Origin: Candidatus Latescibacterota bacterium
GTDB taxonomy: Bacteria > Krumholzibacteriota > Krumholzibacteriia > WVZY01
Assembly (NCBI GenBank): GCA_963791045.1
Contig: CAWBQK010000001.1
Location: 128,001-192,000, forward strand
DNA length: 64,000 nt
Reading direction: 5' to 3'
Below the pieces are notes generated by a model, which saw nothing but the letters and a program-made list of their open reading frames with translations, did no database searches and had not been told where the DNA came from. Every line of letters starts with the position of its first letter. The first letter of the stretch is position 1. This document shows, piece by piece, positions 45,086-54,072 of the stretch. Both the position numbers and the translations under genes were made by a program.

Positions 45086-45122
45086 AAAAAACCCGGCCGT
45101 TCTCATCTGGAACGACCGGGTT
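45086..45122 (-). terminator. Terminator after the M6 protease
   Basis: AACCCGGTCGTTC/GAACGGCCGGGTT stem plus U-tract on the minus strand. Confidence 0.75.
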
Positions 45123-45149
45123 CACACACTCAAGTCAGGCGGATGTTGT

Positions 45150-47774
45150 TTACTTCAGGAGAACGAGTTTCTTGACCGCCTGGTACTCGCTTCCCGCCGT
45201 GAGCTGATAGAGATAGACACCCGACGCGACAGGTTCGCCCGCATCGTTTCTTCCGTTCCACAAAACGGAGAAACCGCCTGCCTGCGGCGCCTGCATGTCG
45301 TCAACCAGAGTGCGAACGAGCTGCCCGGCGGCGTTGTAGATCTTCAACGTGACATGACCGCCGTCCTTGATCGCGTACTTGATCGTCGTTGTCGGGTTGA
45401 AAGGATTCGGATGGTTCTGGAACAAGGCGTTTGTCGCGGCGAGACTCGGGTTGCCGATGCCGGTTCCAACATCGTTGACGATAAAACCATCGTCGATTAC
45501 GGACTCCTGGCCGTCCGGGTTGCGAACAACCACATCGTACGTACCGCCGGGAACGCCGTTGAGATCGAGCGTGCCGACGAGTTTCGCCTTGCCGATCCAC
45601 TCAACGTCGGTGGCCGCGTACTCGATCATGGAAGGGTCACGGAGGAGGAATGTCGCCCCGTATACAAATCCGGCGCCCGCGACATCGGGGACAGGAACAA
45701 CCTGATCGTTATCTCCGATAACGGGAGTTATCGACACGAGCGTCGGCGCGAAGTATCCGCCGCGCATATCCGCCGTCATCACGTTGCCCGACGGGCTGAT
45801 ATTCTCGACGGCCACATTGGTCGTGTAAGCGTTGAGGCTGTTGCTGTTCGGTACTGTCGCCGAATTAAAGGCCGTGTTGCTGGTGTTACCCGGGAACACA
45901 TCGCCCGCGTCCCCGCGGTTCGTTCCGCTAAGGAGCTGACCCAGGCCGTCGGCTTCCTCGACCATCATGCCGCGAGCCGTCGTGCCGGGGTCTCCGTCCC
46001 CGGAGTTTCCCAGTGTGGTTTTCATCACATCGTCTTCGACATGATAGATGACAAGTCCCTGGCCGTTGAGATTCTGATCGAACTGCGCCCCAATACTGTT
46101 GCGGTTCTCGACAAGGAAGTATTCCTTCACCGGGGTCATGGTCCGGTCAACATGCCAGCCGTCTTCGTAGGCCTCGAAATCGGTCGCGTAGCTCTCGCCG
46201 CCACCGGTTACCGAGACATCATCAATCTTGAACGGACCCGTCGTGCCGGAGTTGAAATCACCGTCTTCATCCGCGTAGGCCCAGTCGGAATCGAAACCGA
46301 AAATCAATGTGTAGGCGGAAGCGCCGCTCCCGGTCAGATACGGAGTCAAGTCGATGTTCGCGGTCCCACTGCCAACACCGTGATACGATACAATTGTGGA
46401 TACGGTTCCGTTGACCTCGATCTTGACGCGACCATAGTCATACCCCGACTCCGTGTGGTACGAATACTTGTACTGGAGCGAGACGGGATCGGCGCCGTTA
46501 TACGAAAAGTCCCTGCACACCGCTTCGTCCCATCCGTTCCCGTATCCGGTCCCACCGGCCCAATTGCGGGTTGCGGCATCCGTTGCGGTCAAGCCGCAGT
46601 GCAGCGAATACGACCCGGAGATGGGTGTGTAGTTCTTGCGGCTGAACTTCTCTTCCATCACATTGAGCTTGTACGCTTGGGGCGTGACTTCCGAGTTATT
46701 CACCGTGTACATCTGCGACATCGGACCGACTTCGGTGGGTACGATCCAGCCGAGCCATTCCTTCGAGTATGCCGTCATGTGTACCGGGTTCGTGGGAATC
46801 TGCCAGTTCCCGGAGCCCATGAGACCCCACTCACCGATTCCCGCGCTTCCACCGTCCGTGTCGTAGTAATCGGGGAGACCAAACGCGTGCCCAAACTCGT
46901 GGCAGAAAACGCCGATCTCAATCACGCCGGCGCCGCATCCGTTCGTCGAACCCAAAGCGGGTTGGATAGTGTAGTCGTATATTTTGACAACGCCGCCGTT
47001 TGCCGACGGGTCGTTCGTCGCCCAGGGAGCACTGAACTCGGGCCAACCGACTACGACCCAGCGGTGTGACCACAGGTTGTCATTCCCGCACTCAGCGCCG
47101 ATCTCCGGTTGGACGATCGCCACAAAATCGACGTAGCCGTCATCATCCCCCGAGTTGGGGAGACCGTCGGGACCGTCATTGTCATAAAGACTGAAGTCGA
47201 CCCCGGGATCGGCAAGCTGGAGAACCTCTTTTATATACGCGCCGACCTTTCCCGTGGCACAAAATCCGTAACAACCCGCCCCACCCTCGTAATACGTATC
47301 CGTGTTCGACACCTGGTACCACCCATACACCGAGCCCGTAAGATTGAGATTGCCATAGGACATCTCATCATAGAGAGATGTCATCGACGCGGCCGGGGGA
47401 GGGCTAAAGAGTTTTGTTTGGAGCGTCGCCGTTGTGTACGGATCGGCGCCAGTGTTTGAATATTTTCCCATGAGAACGGGAACCTGAGAGGTACCCGAAA
47501 CCATCATCGCTTTTTTTAAATCATCGGGCAAAGCGGCAAACGCCATTCCCGCTTGCGGGGTCATCGACAAAAACTTGTCGCGTGCTTCTTTTGCTCTCTC
47601 GGCTTTTTGAATCCATGCTCTCTCGAATTGAAATGCCTTCGGGTTTTCCGCGATACGATCGTAATATGCCTGTGGAATATCGACACCCGGTTTGGGCGGC
47701 ACAATCTGCGCAAAAGCGCTCAAAGGCACAAGCATAACCGCGATGACTAGCATCAATGCGACCGACGATTTCAT
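45150..47774 (-). CDS. M6 family (immune inhibitor A-like) metalloprotease with FlgD-Ig/T9SS-like CTD
   Basis: Signal peptide; HEFGHAFGLPDYY, WGLMGSG, EYFLVENR, GLVIYHV; QNHPNPFNPTT...GVYLY...KKLVLLK; AAGGAGG RBS. Confidence 0.92.
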   Translation of the reverse strand: MKSSVALMLVIAVMLVPLSAFAQIVPPKPGVDIPQAYYDRIAENPKAFQFERAWIQKAERAKEARDKFLSMTPQAGMAFAALPDDLKKAMMVSGTSQVPVLMGKYSNTGADPYTTATLQTKLFSPPPAASMTSLYDEMSYGNLNLTGSVYGWYQVSNTDTYYEGGAGCYGFCATGKVGAYIKEVLQLADPGVDFSLYDNDGPDGLPNSGDDDGYVDFVAIVQPEIGAECGNDNLWSHRWVVVGWPEFSAPWATNDPSANGGVVKIYDYTIQPALGSTNGCGAGVIEIGVFCHEFGHAFGLPDYYDTDGGSAGIGEWGLMGSGNWQIPTNPVHMTAYSKEWLGWIVPTEVGPMSQMYTVNNSEVTPQAYKLNVMEEKFSRKNYTPISGSYSLHCGLTATDAATRNWAGGTGYGNGWDEAVCRDFSYNGADPVSLQYKYSYHTESGYDYGRVKIEVNGTVSTIVSYHGVGSGTANIDLTPYLTGSGASAYTLIFGFDSDWAYADEDGDFNSGTTGPFKIDDVSVTGGGESYATDFEAYEDGWHVDRTMTPVKEYFLVENRNSIGAQFDQNLNGQGLVIYHVEDDVMKTTLGNSGDGDPGTTARGMMVEEADGLGQLLSGTNRGDAGDVFPGNTSNTAFNSATVPNSNSLNAYTTNVAVENISPSGNVMTADMRGGYFAPTLVSITPVIGDNDQVVPVPDVAGAGFVYGATFLLRDPSMIEYAATDVEWIGKAKLVGTLDLNGVPGGTYDVVVRNPDGQESVIDDGFIVNDVGTGIGNPSLAATNALFQNHPNPFNPTTTIKYAIKDGGHVTLKIYNAAGQLVRTLVDDMQAPQAGGFSVLWNGRNDAGEPVASGVYLYQLTAGSEYQAVKKLVLLK

Positions 47775-47884
47775 TCGCTGTCCTCCTTGGGATGGTGAGC
47801 TCGAGATCAAAAAGATACGACGGAACCAATACGGTTGTTGGAACGCAAGTGTGATGTAAAGCAAAATTCCGTCGATCTTTGTAA

Positions 47885-47914
47885 ATTATACTACACTTTC
47901 GACTCCCCTGTCAA
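47885..47914 (-). promoter_or_regulatory. Consensus sigma70 promoter for the M6 protease
   Basis: TTGACA-N18-TATAAT. Confidence 0.75.
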
Positions 47915-48107
47915 TTCATAACCTATAACAAACAAATGAATTCCGTTAATTGCCTGTCGTCGCGGGAATTCCATATCTTGTATTCGCGCTCCGACGGTGC
48001 GATGTGAATTTCTTACTTGAACCATACGCCCGTTTCGACTATTTACAGATAATTAATCCGATTGAAAGTCGATCTCAACAAGCAGCCCAACAACCGAACG
48101 GAAAAAA

Positions 48108-48524
48108 ATGGCAAAGAAGAAAGCCGGGAAGAAAAAGAGCAAAAAGACCGCGAAATCCAAGGCGCAACTCGTTGCGCAGCACCCGCGGTGCGCGCAGTGC
48201 ATTCCGGCGAAATGCTGCCGGTATTTTTCGCTAGAGATAGACCGGCCGCGGTCCAAGAGAGATTACGACGATCTGCTATGGATGCTCGCGCATCAGGACG
48301 TGTCTGTTTATGTCGATAAGAAGAAGTGGCATCTGATGGTTCACACGCAGTGCAAATTTCTCGACATGGACACGAACTGCTGCACGATCTACGACACTCG
48401 CCCGCAGATGTGCCGGGAGCATTCTGTCGATGAATGCGAATGGAACAGCCCCTACGATTTCGATAAACACTTCATGTCGTACGAAGAACTCAGGCAATGG
48501 ATGAAGAAGAAGGATCTCCTATAA
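48108..48524 (+). CDS. YkgJ family cysteine-cluster protein
   Basis: CAQCIPAKCC, CKFL, CTIYDTRPQMCR. Confidence 0.88.
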   Translation: MAKKKAGKKKSKKTAKSKAQLVAQHPRCAQCIPAKCCRYFSLEIDRPRSKRDYDDLLWMLAHQDVSVYVDKKKWHLMVHTQCKFLDMDTNCCTIYDTRPQMCREHSVDECEWNSPYDFDKHFMSYEELRQWMKKKDLL

Positions 48525-48608
48525 TAGAGAAGAGACCACCCGGGGCAATGGTGTGTCGAAGTGGGAAGTGAAATGCCCCGGATGGCTCTAAGTTGTGTCG
48601 TTTCGTCA

Positions 48609-48740
48609 GGCGCGGGTGGCGCCGATGGGGCCCCCGGAGGCCGCGAGTGTTCGCGTGCACACGCCGGGGTCGCCATACCTCGTGAATCCACGCTCGCAAA
48701 AGCGAGCGGACTTGGGGTAATCGGCGACAGGACCCGCGCC
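48609..48740. other. Highly structured intergenic element (candidate ncRNA or REP-like repeat)
   Basis: Nested stems GGCGCGGGT/ACCCGCGCC, CCCCGG/CCGGGG, GTCGCC/GGCGAC, CGCTCGC-AAAA-GCGAGCG. Confidence 0.4.
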
Positions 48741-48769
48741 CTTCGGCGAGGATCCTGTGAATTCACCGG

Positions 48770-51700
48770 TTACTTCAGAAGAATCATTTTCTTCGTCAGT
48801 GTCGCCTGGTCGGATCTGAATCGATAGAAGTACACGCCCGATCCTACCGGGTTGCCCCTCATATCGCGTCCATCCCACATCGTGTCATACAGACCCGGCG
48901 CCCTTGTGCCCTCGATAAGGGTGCGAACTCGCGCGCCGGTCACATCGTATACAACCAGCGATACGTGCTGGGTTGCGCCCTGCGGCACCACGAACTCGAT
49001 TCGTGTCGTCGGGTTGAACGGGTTCGGATAGTTCTGGTGGAGCACCGCGTGCGTTGTTGACACGTGTGGTGATTCATCATCCCCGATACCTGTCGGTTCC
49101 GCGAACCCGTAACACCCGTTGCGGTGCGAGTTGGCCCCAACTGTCGGCCACGGTGCAAGCGCCGCATTGTACGCGCCGCTCAGATCGAAGGCGTAGATGC
49201 TCTGGTCCCAACTGTGGACGATCATATCGATGTCGCCATCCTGGTCGACATCGGTAAGATACGGGGTCGACCGAACGGCATCCTCGGCCTGAACCGGATA
49301 CCCCGGAACCATGACACCGTTGATGTCCCACGCATAGATAAACCGCGATTCGTCACCCAGCACGATGTCCAGCCCGCCGTCGCCATCGACATCAGCAACC
49401 GTCAGAGACGACGTGTCGGTGAAGTTGTTGGACAGCGTCTTTGGCCATCCCGGGTAATCGGAACCGGTATGATCAAAAATCCATATCTTGGTTGACGTTC
49501 CATCCCAGGCGTAGAGAACGCTTTCCAGATAGCCGTCATTGTTGAAATCAGCAATCGCCGGTGACGGCGTAAAGAAGATATCCCTGATCTTGGCGTTTCG
49601 CGGCCAGCTGCCCGCGGCCAGCGTTCCGTCGTGGTTAATAAGATGCGCCTTGCCGACCAGTCCCTTGGTCTGGACCAACAGCTCGATAAAACCGTCGTTG
49701 TCGATATCGCCGGCACAGATGCTTCCGCCGGCGTCCGCGCCAAGATAGTACGGAAATCCGGGGACCGCGGTGCCGTTGTCGTTGAGCGCCCACACGCTGT
49801 CCGCGCGCGTGCCGACAATGATCTCGTCTTTGCCGTCATTATCGAGATCGCAAACCGTCGGAGTCGCAAAATGGAAGCTCGTTACCGCTGTTCGGAAAAA
49901 CACGCCGTCGGTCGACGGGTTGTTGTCACCGTCGCGATACTCGGTGCCATCGGCATACCACGCATAGATGACACCCTGCGAATCGATGGCGATGACTTCG
50001 CAGTCACCGTCCCCGTCGAGATCGCCGGCGGACGGCGCGGCACGGAAATCATGTTCGCCGACCTTCGGCCACCCGGGAAGCGCGTCGCCGTTATAATCCA
50101 CACAGTAAATGTGCGCGATCCCCGTAACGGTCCCAAGATCCGCCGCGATAATGTCGAGACCCGGCTTATCGTCCAGGCTGGCGAGTGTTATCGGCGCGGT
50201 GAACTCATCACCGTCGGGGGTCAAAACTCCCCAGGTCTGCGGATCGTTGTCTCCGTCCCTAAGTTCGATTCCGTCGTGATGCCAGGCGTAGATGTACTCG
50301 TTGCCACATATGATCTCGAGATCGCCGTCGCCGTCGATATCACCCACCACGGGTGAACTCGTGGTGGTCGTCTTCATCTGGATCGGAAATCCGGGCATCT
50401 GCGGCGGGTTGGTGCTCGCCGAGAATTCGCCGGATATGACGCTCTCGTTCCCCGAACCATCTATTGACGTAATCACAAAATAGTACAGCGTGCTCGCGGA
50501 CAACCCCGTGTCGAGGTAAACCGCGTGGTCGAGCGGGTCAACATTCGCCAACGTGTAGGGTCCACCCTGTATTTCCGAGTGATACACATTGTAGCGTACG
50601 ACATCGGGTGTCAGGCTGTGCGGCCACGCAACCTCGAGGCGATCCGGCCCCAGGCTCGAATCGAACTCGATCGCCAAAGGTGGATCGGGCACTCTCAATT
50701 CGACCGTGTCTCTGTACACGCGGCCGAAGAGATCGGTCACCGCGACCTCGACAAGATTTTCGATACTCGTATTGGTCTCCTCGAGATGGAAGCCCGCCAG
50801 GTTCTCGCCCCCGATAATCGAGGAGAGATCCGGATAAACATCCGTCCCGTCATGTACGGTTACCTGACCGCTCAAGTCGGTCACGACGGCCGTCAGATCC
50901 GACGCCGTTCCCGTTCCGTAGTTTTTCAGACCATAGAAGAGGAGGAACTCCTCGTTGTCTTCGTTGACGCCGTTTCCATTCCCGTAAGGAGGATCGTCGT
51001 AGATACGCAACGTCGTGAGCGCCAGGTCGGGCGCGTGGACTTCCCTGCGGAACATGTCCGCCCATGTGGGACTCCCGTTGTTCTCGATCGAGAGGTCGAA
51101 CTCTACCGACTGTTCGTCGACGATTGCCGCATCGAACATCACTCGAACCACGTCGGAAGCCGTCGCATTGGATCCCGAGCCGATCACGCCAAACGTTGCC
51201 GTGCTGTCGAGGACCGTCGCCAGAGCGTCGTCGCAGCGGAACTTTGCCGTCACGTTGCCCGACGAGGCCCCGCCGGTGTTTGTCAGTTCGAGTGTGAAGT
51301 CGATCGTCTCACCGGCATCGATGATGCCGTCGCCATTGCCGAACGTTCCACCGCTCTGGTCGTCATCGACCGTGAGCGACGCGAAGTTCACATAGGCGCC
51401 GGCGGAGGGATCGACGGTAATCGTGTCCTGGTGGCGGATGAGGTTCAACCCGGTCACCACAACGGTGATTTCACCGGGACTCTCCGCCGTAAAATCGAAG
51501 ACGACGTTGCCGACCGCGTTGGTCGCACCGTACTGGTAATCGTCATTATCCTTGGAGAGACAAACAAATGCCGAGTCGACGGGCACGCCGCCCGAAGTGA
51601 CATTTACAAGAACACTCGACGTGCCGAGACCAACATTCGCCACGTGAAACACATCGATGCTCTTCACCTGTGCCGTATAAAGCGGCATTTCCGGATCGGC

Positions 51701-53545
51701 GAGGAGCGTATAGATATAGTGCGTCCACAGATCGACATTGTCCCCGGCCACGGCAACCGGTGTCCGCGGCAGTCGTGAACGGGCGAAGGTCTCGCCGATA
51801 TGGACGACGTCATCGTTGAACAAGAGTTCGTAATACTCATTCATATAGTTGCCGGAAGCATTAGGAAACGCGCTTTCGTTCGACCCAACGACGGATACAG
51901 CGCCGCCGTTCGGGTTGGCGAGATAATGCTCGGCAAGACAGAAAAACTCATACGCAGCGGCGGTACAGTTCAACATATAGAGGTTGAAATAGCGGCCCCC
52001 GTTGGTCAGCACGTCGGCGTCTTCGTTGAGGATACTCGCATTACCCACGGACATGTTGAACCGGAACCCGTGGCCAACATGGTTGATGTGGTTGATGCCT
52101 GTCTCCATCGAGTCGATCGCCGCTTGTTTATTCTCGTTTACCGCGTTTGCATAGAGCCAGTCGGTCTCATACATCTTTATAATTTCGATCGGTTTACCCT
52201 GGAGACTCGTCGCATAGATGAACTCGGCGAAGTCGGCGCCGTTGAGACTGATCGGATCGGGGTTTTTCCAATCCACCGGAAACAGCACCTCCGCCAGGAA
52301 CATGTAACGATCCATATAATCGGTAAACAACGGCGTTTCATACGCGATGATCTTATCGATCATGAGCGAGACGTCGGCGAGGTCGGACCGCGGTATGCGG
52401 CCGTTGTAAACTTCCGCGTAGAGATCGGGGTTATCATAAGGAACAACACTGAACCCTTCTCCCCAATATTTGTCGTGGGTGTCGTTCCACGATCCGTCGA
52501 GACACCCGAAATACATGTCCGTGGGAAGTTCGGTTCCACCAAGATAGAAACGGCTGAGTGCGTATCTCGGCGGCATGATGTCGGTGTCACCGCCAAGAAG
52601 AACGTATGTGATTCCCCACTTGGCGTATGCGTCCTGGATAAAGAACCGTATCGTCTCGGGGAGATCGACACCGTTGCGCGTATTTGCCTCGATCCACTCC
52701 ACCGTCCGCACCACCGTCGGCACGCCCTTTATCGTTTTCCAGTCGGCGAGACGCTGGTACTCGCCCGCCAAAGCGTCGGTCGTCACGATCAAGTAATCGA
52801 CGGGGCTTCCCTCGAGCGACGGATAGGTCGTCGGCTGAAAGCCACCCTTCTCCTTCTCCACCGCCACCTCGTCGAACATGTAGCGCCCGTTCATCTCCGG
52901 GTTCACCACAAACGCTTCGAGCATCGACTCCACGCTCTTCTGGAAGCCTTCGCGGAAACGCTCGCGGACCACTGGAGCGTCTTCGGCGGAAGCAAGCGTC
53001 GTCGTGATCTCGACTGTCACCTTCTCGGTGAGAACCAGGTCACCCGAATCGACACGAACCGGAAAGACGGCAAACGAAGCGATCGCGCGTCCGTGGAGAT
53101 AGCTTGTACCAAGGTAGCGCCCGAGCGCTTCGGGGAAAACCGTCCCCGCATCGGACGCGGCGGCAAGCGGCTCACCCCGGCCCACCGTGCCATCCTCGGC
53201 GACCATGGGGCCCGCCTGGGCGATTGCGGCACGGGGGAGCATTGTCAGCACGGGACCGTCGGTCGTGAACCGGAACGACTCAACCGTGTCCCCCTGCGGG
53301 AGAAGCACACTGATAATACGGTATGGAAGCTCGGGCGATCCTTCTTCCGCCAACAGATCGTAACCGGCGGCCGAGACCTGAATCGTCGCCACACCGGCGT
53401 CGGTCAGGACCGTTACGTAATCTTGCGGCAGTTCCAACGAATAGGTCAGTTTCTCCGCCTGAACATCGGCGAAAAAACCGAGAAGGATTGAGCTTGCCAG
53501 AATTAATACTACAACAGCGGGACACAGCGAAGGCATGCGCGCCAT
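48770..53545 (-). CDS. C25 (gingipain-like) cysteine peptidase with FN3, FG-GAP/VCBS repeats and FlgD-Ig/T9SS-like CTD
   Basis: Propeptide G.PELP, YLIVT, LADWK..KG, YVLLGGD, GRIP, catalytic GHG and NC, LLADP; DxDGDG repeats; QNYPNPFNPTT...KKMILLK; AAGGAGG RBS. Confidence 0.92.
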   Translation of the reverse strand: MARMPSLCPAVVVLILASSILLGFFADVQAEKLTYSLELPQDYVTVLTDAGVATIQVSAAGYDLLAEEGSPELPYRIISVLLPQGDTVESFRFTTDGPVLTMLPRAAIAQAGPMVAEDGTVGRGEPLAAASDAGTVFPEALGRYLGTSYLHGRAIASFAVFPVRVDSGDLVLTEKVTVEITTTLASAEDAPVVRERFREGFQKSVESMLEAFVVNPEMNGRYMFDEVAVEKEKGGFQPTTYPSLEGSPVDYLIVTTDALAGEYQRLADWKTIKGVPTVVRTVEWIEANTRNGVDLPETIRFFIQDAYAKWGITYVLLGGDTDIMPPRYALSRFYLGGTELPTDMYFGCLDGSWNDTHDKYWGEGFSVVPYDNPDLYAEVYNGRIPRSDLADVSLMIDKIIAYETPLFTDYMDRYMFLAEVLFPVDWKNPDPISLNGADFAEFIYATSLQGKPIEIIKMYETDWLYANAVNENKQAAIDSMETGINHINHVGHGFRFNMSVGNASILNEDADVLTNGGRYFNLYMLNCTAAAYEFFCLAEHYLANPNGGAVSVVGSNESAFPNASGNYMNEYYELLFNDDVVHIGETFARSRLPRTPVAVAGDNVDLWTHYIYTLLADPEMPLYTAQVKSIDVFHVANVGLGTSSVLVNVTSGGVPVDSAFVCLSKDNDDYQYGATNAVGNVVFDFTAESPGEITVVVTGLNLIRHQDTITVDPSAGAYVNFASLTVDDDQSGGTFGNGDGIIDAGETIDFTLELTNTGGASSGNVTAKFRCDDALATVLDSTATFGVIGSGSNATASDVVRVMFDAAIVDEQSVEFDLSIENNGSPTWADMFRREVHAPDLALTTLRIYDDPPYGNGNGVNEDNEEFLLFYGLKNYGTGTASDLTAVVTDLSGQVTVHDGTDVYPDLSSIIGGENLAGFHLEETNTSIENLVEVAVTDLFGRVYRDTVELRVPDPPLAIEFDSSLGPDRLEVAWPHSLTPDVVRYNVYHSEIQGGPYTLANVDPLDHAVYLDTGLSASTLYYFVITSIDGSGNESVISGEFSASTNPPQMPGFPIQMKTTTTSSPVVGDIDGDGDLEIICGNEYIYAWHHDGIELRDGDNDPQTWGVLTPDGDEFTAPITLASLDDKPGLDIIAADLGTVTGIAHIYCVDYNGDALPGWPKVGEHDFRAAPSAGDLDGDGDCEVIAIDSQGVIYAWYADGTEYRDGDNNPSTDGVFFRTAVTSFHFATPTVCDLDNDGKDEIIVGTRADSVWALNDNGTAVPGFPYYLGADAGGSICAGDIDNDGFIELLVQTKGLVGKAHLINHDGTLAAGSWPRNAKIRDIFFTPSPAIADFNNDGYLESVLYAWDGTSTKIWIFDHTGSDYPGWPKTLSNNFTDTSSLTVADVDGDGGLDIVLGDESRFIYAWDINGVMVPGYPVQAEDAVRSTPYLTDVDQDGDIDMIVHSWDQSIYAFDLSGAYNAALAPWPTVGANSHRNGCYGFAEPTGIGDDESPHVSTTHAVLHQNYPNPFNPTTRIEFVVPQGATQHVSLVVYDVTGARVRTLIEGTRAPGLYDTMWDGRDMRGNPVGSGVYFYRFRSDQATLTKKMILLK

Positions 53546-53778
53546 GGGTTCCTCCTTGGATCGTCAGACAGCGACCCGAACAGAAAGCGCATCTTCCCGC
53601 ACGGAACGATATCCGACAATTCTTTTCAGAAAAGGCATTTGATACTGGTGGACCTAAGATCCCAAGATATTGGCAGAGCTAAACGCCGAATTTACAGCAG
53701 TAACAGTAAGGTTGGCTGTGCTCCTTAGAGAGTGCGGAATTAACTGGATACGGTCGACACACCATAACTAGAAGTCGT

Positions 53779-53807
53779 ATTATAGAGGATTTCAGAGCAA
53801 AAGTCAA
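53779..53807 (-). promoter_or_regulatory. Putative promoter for the C25 peptidase (long leader of ~225 nt)
   Basis: TTGACT-N17-TATAAT. Confidence 0.65.
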
Positions 53808-54072
53808 GATAGTACGTTGGGCCGAACCCCGCGATGGCAAAGTCATTTCACCGCATTGTCATGCGAAGATCGGCCGATCCTCCACGGACCCTTCCCGACC
53901 CCGTTGGACCTGTCAATTTTAGACGGCCGCAACGGACCCCAAACGGGTTGGTCGTTCTTCTTGATTTCCCACAGTTACTTCACACCAAGATCGAATTCCC
54001 GGGTCGATCTGGAGATCGGCGATTTGTCGGGCGAACTCGAATGTGGAAACTGGGGGTGGGCGTGTACGCACG

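Noticed and set aside
45012-47069. 685-aa plus-strand ORF
   Set aside because: Antisense shadow of the M6 protease, explained by GC-rich codon bias; no motifs or RBS
50525-53491. 417-aa and 563-aa plus-strand ORFs
   Set aside because: Antisense shadows of the C25 peptidase
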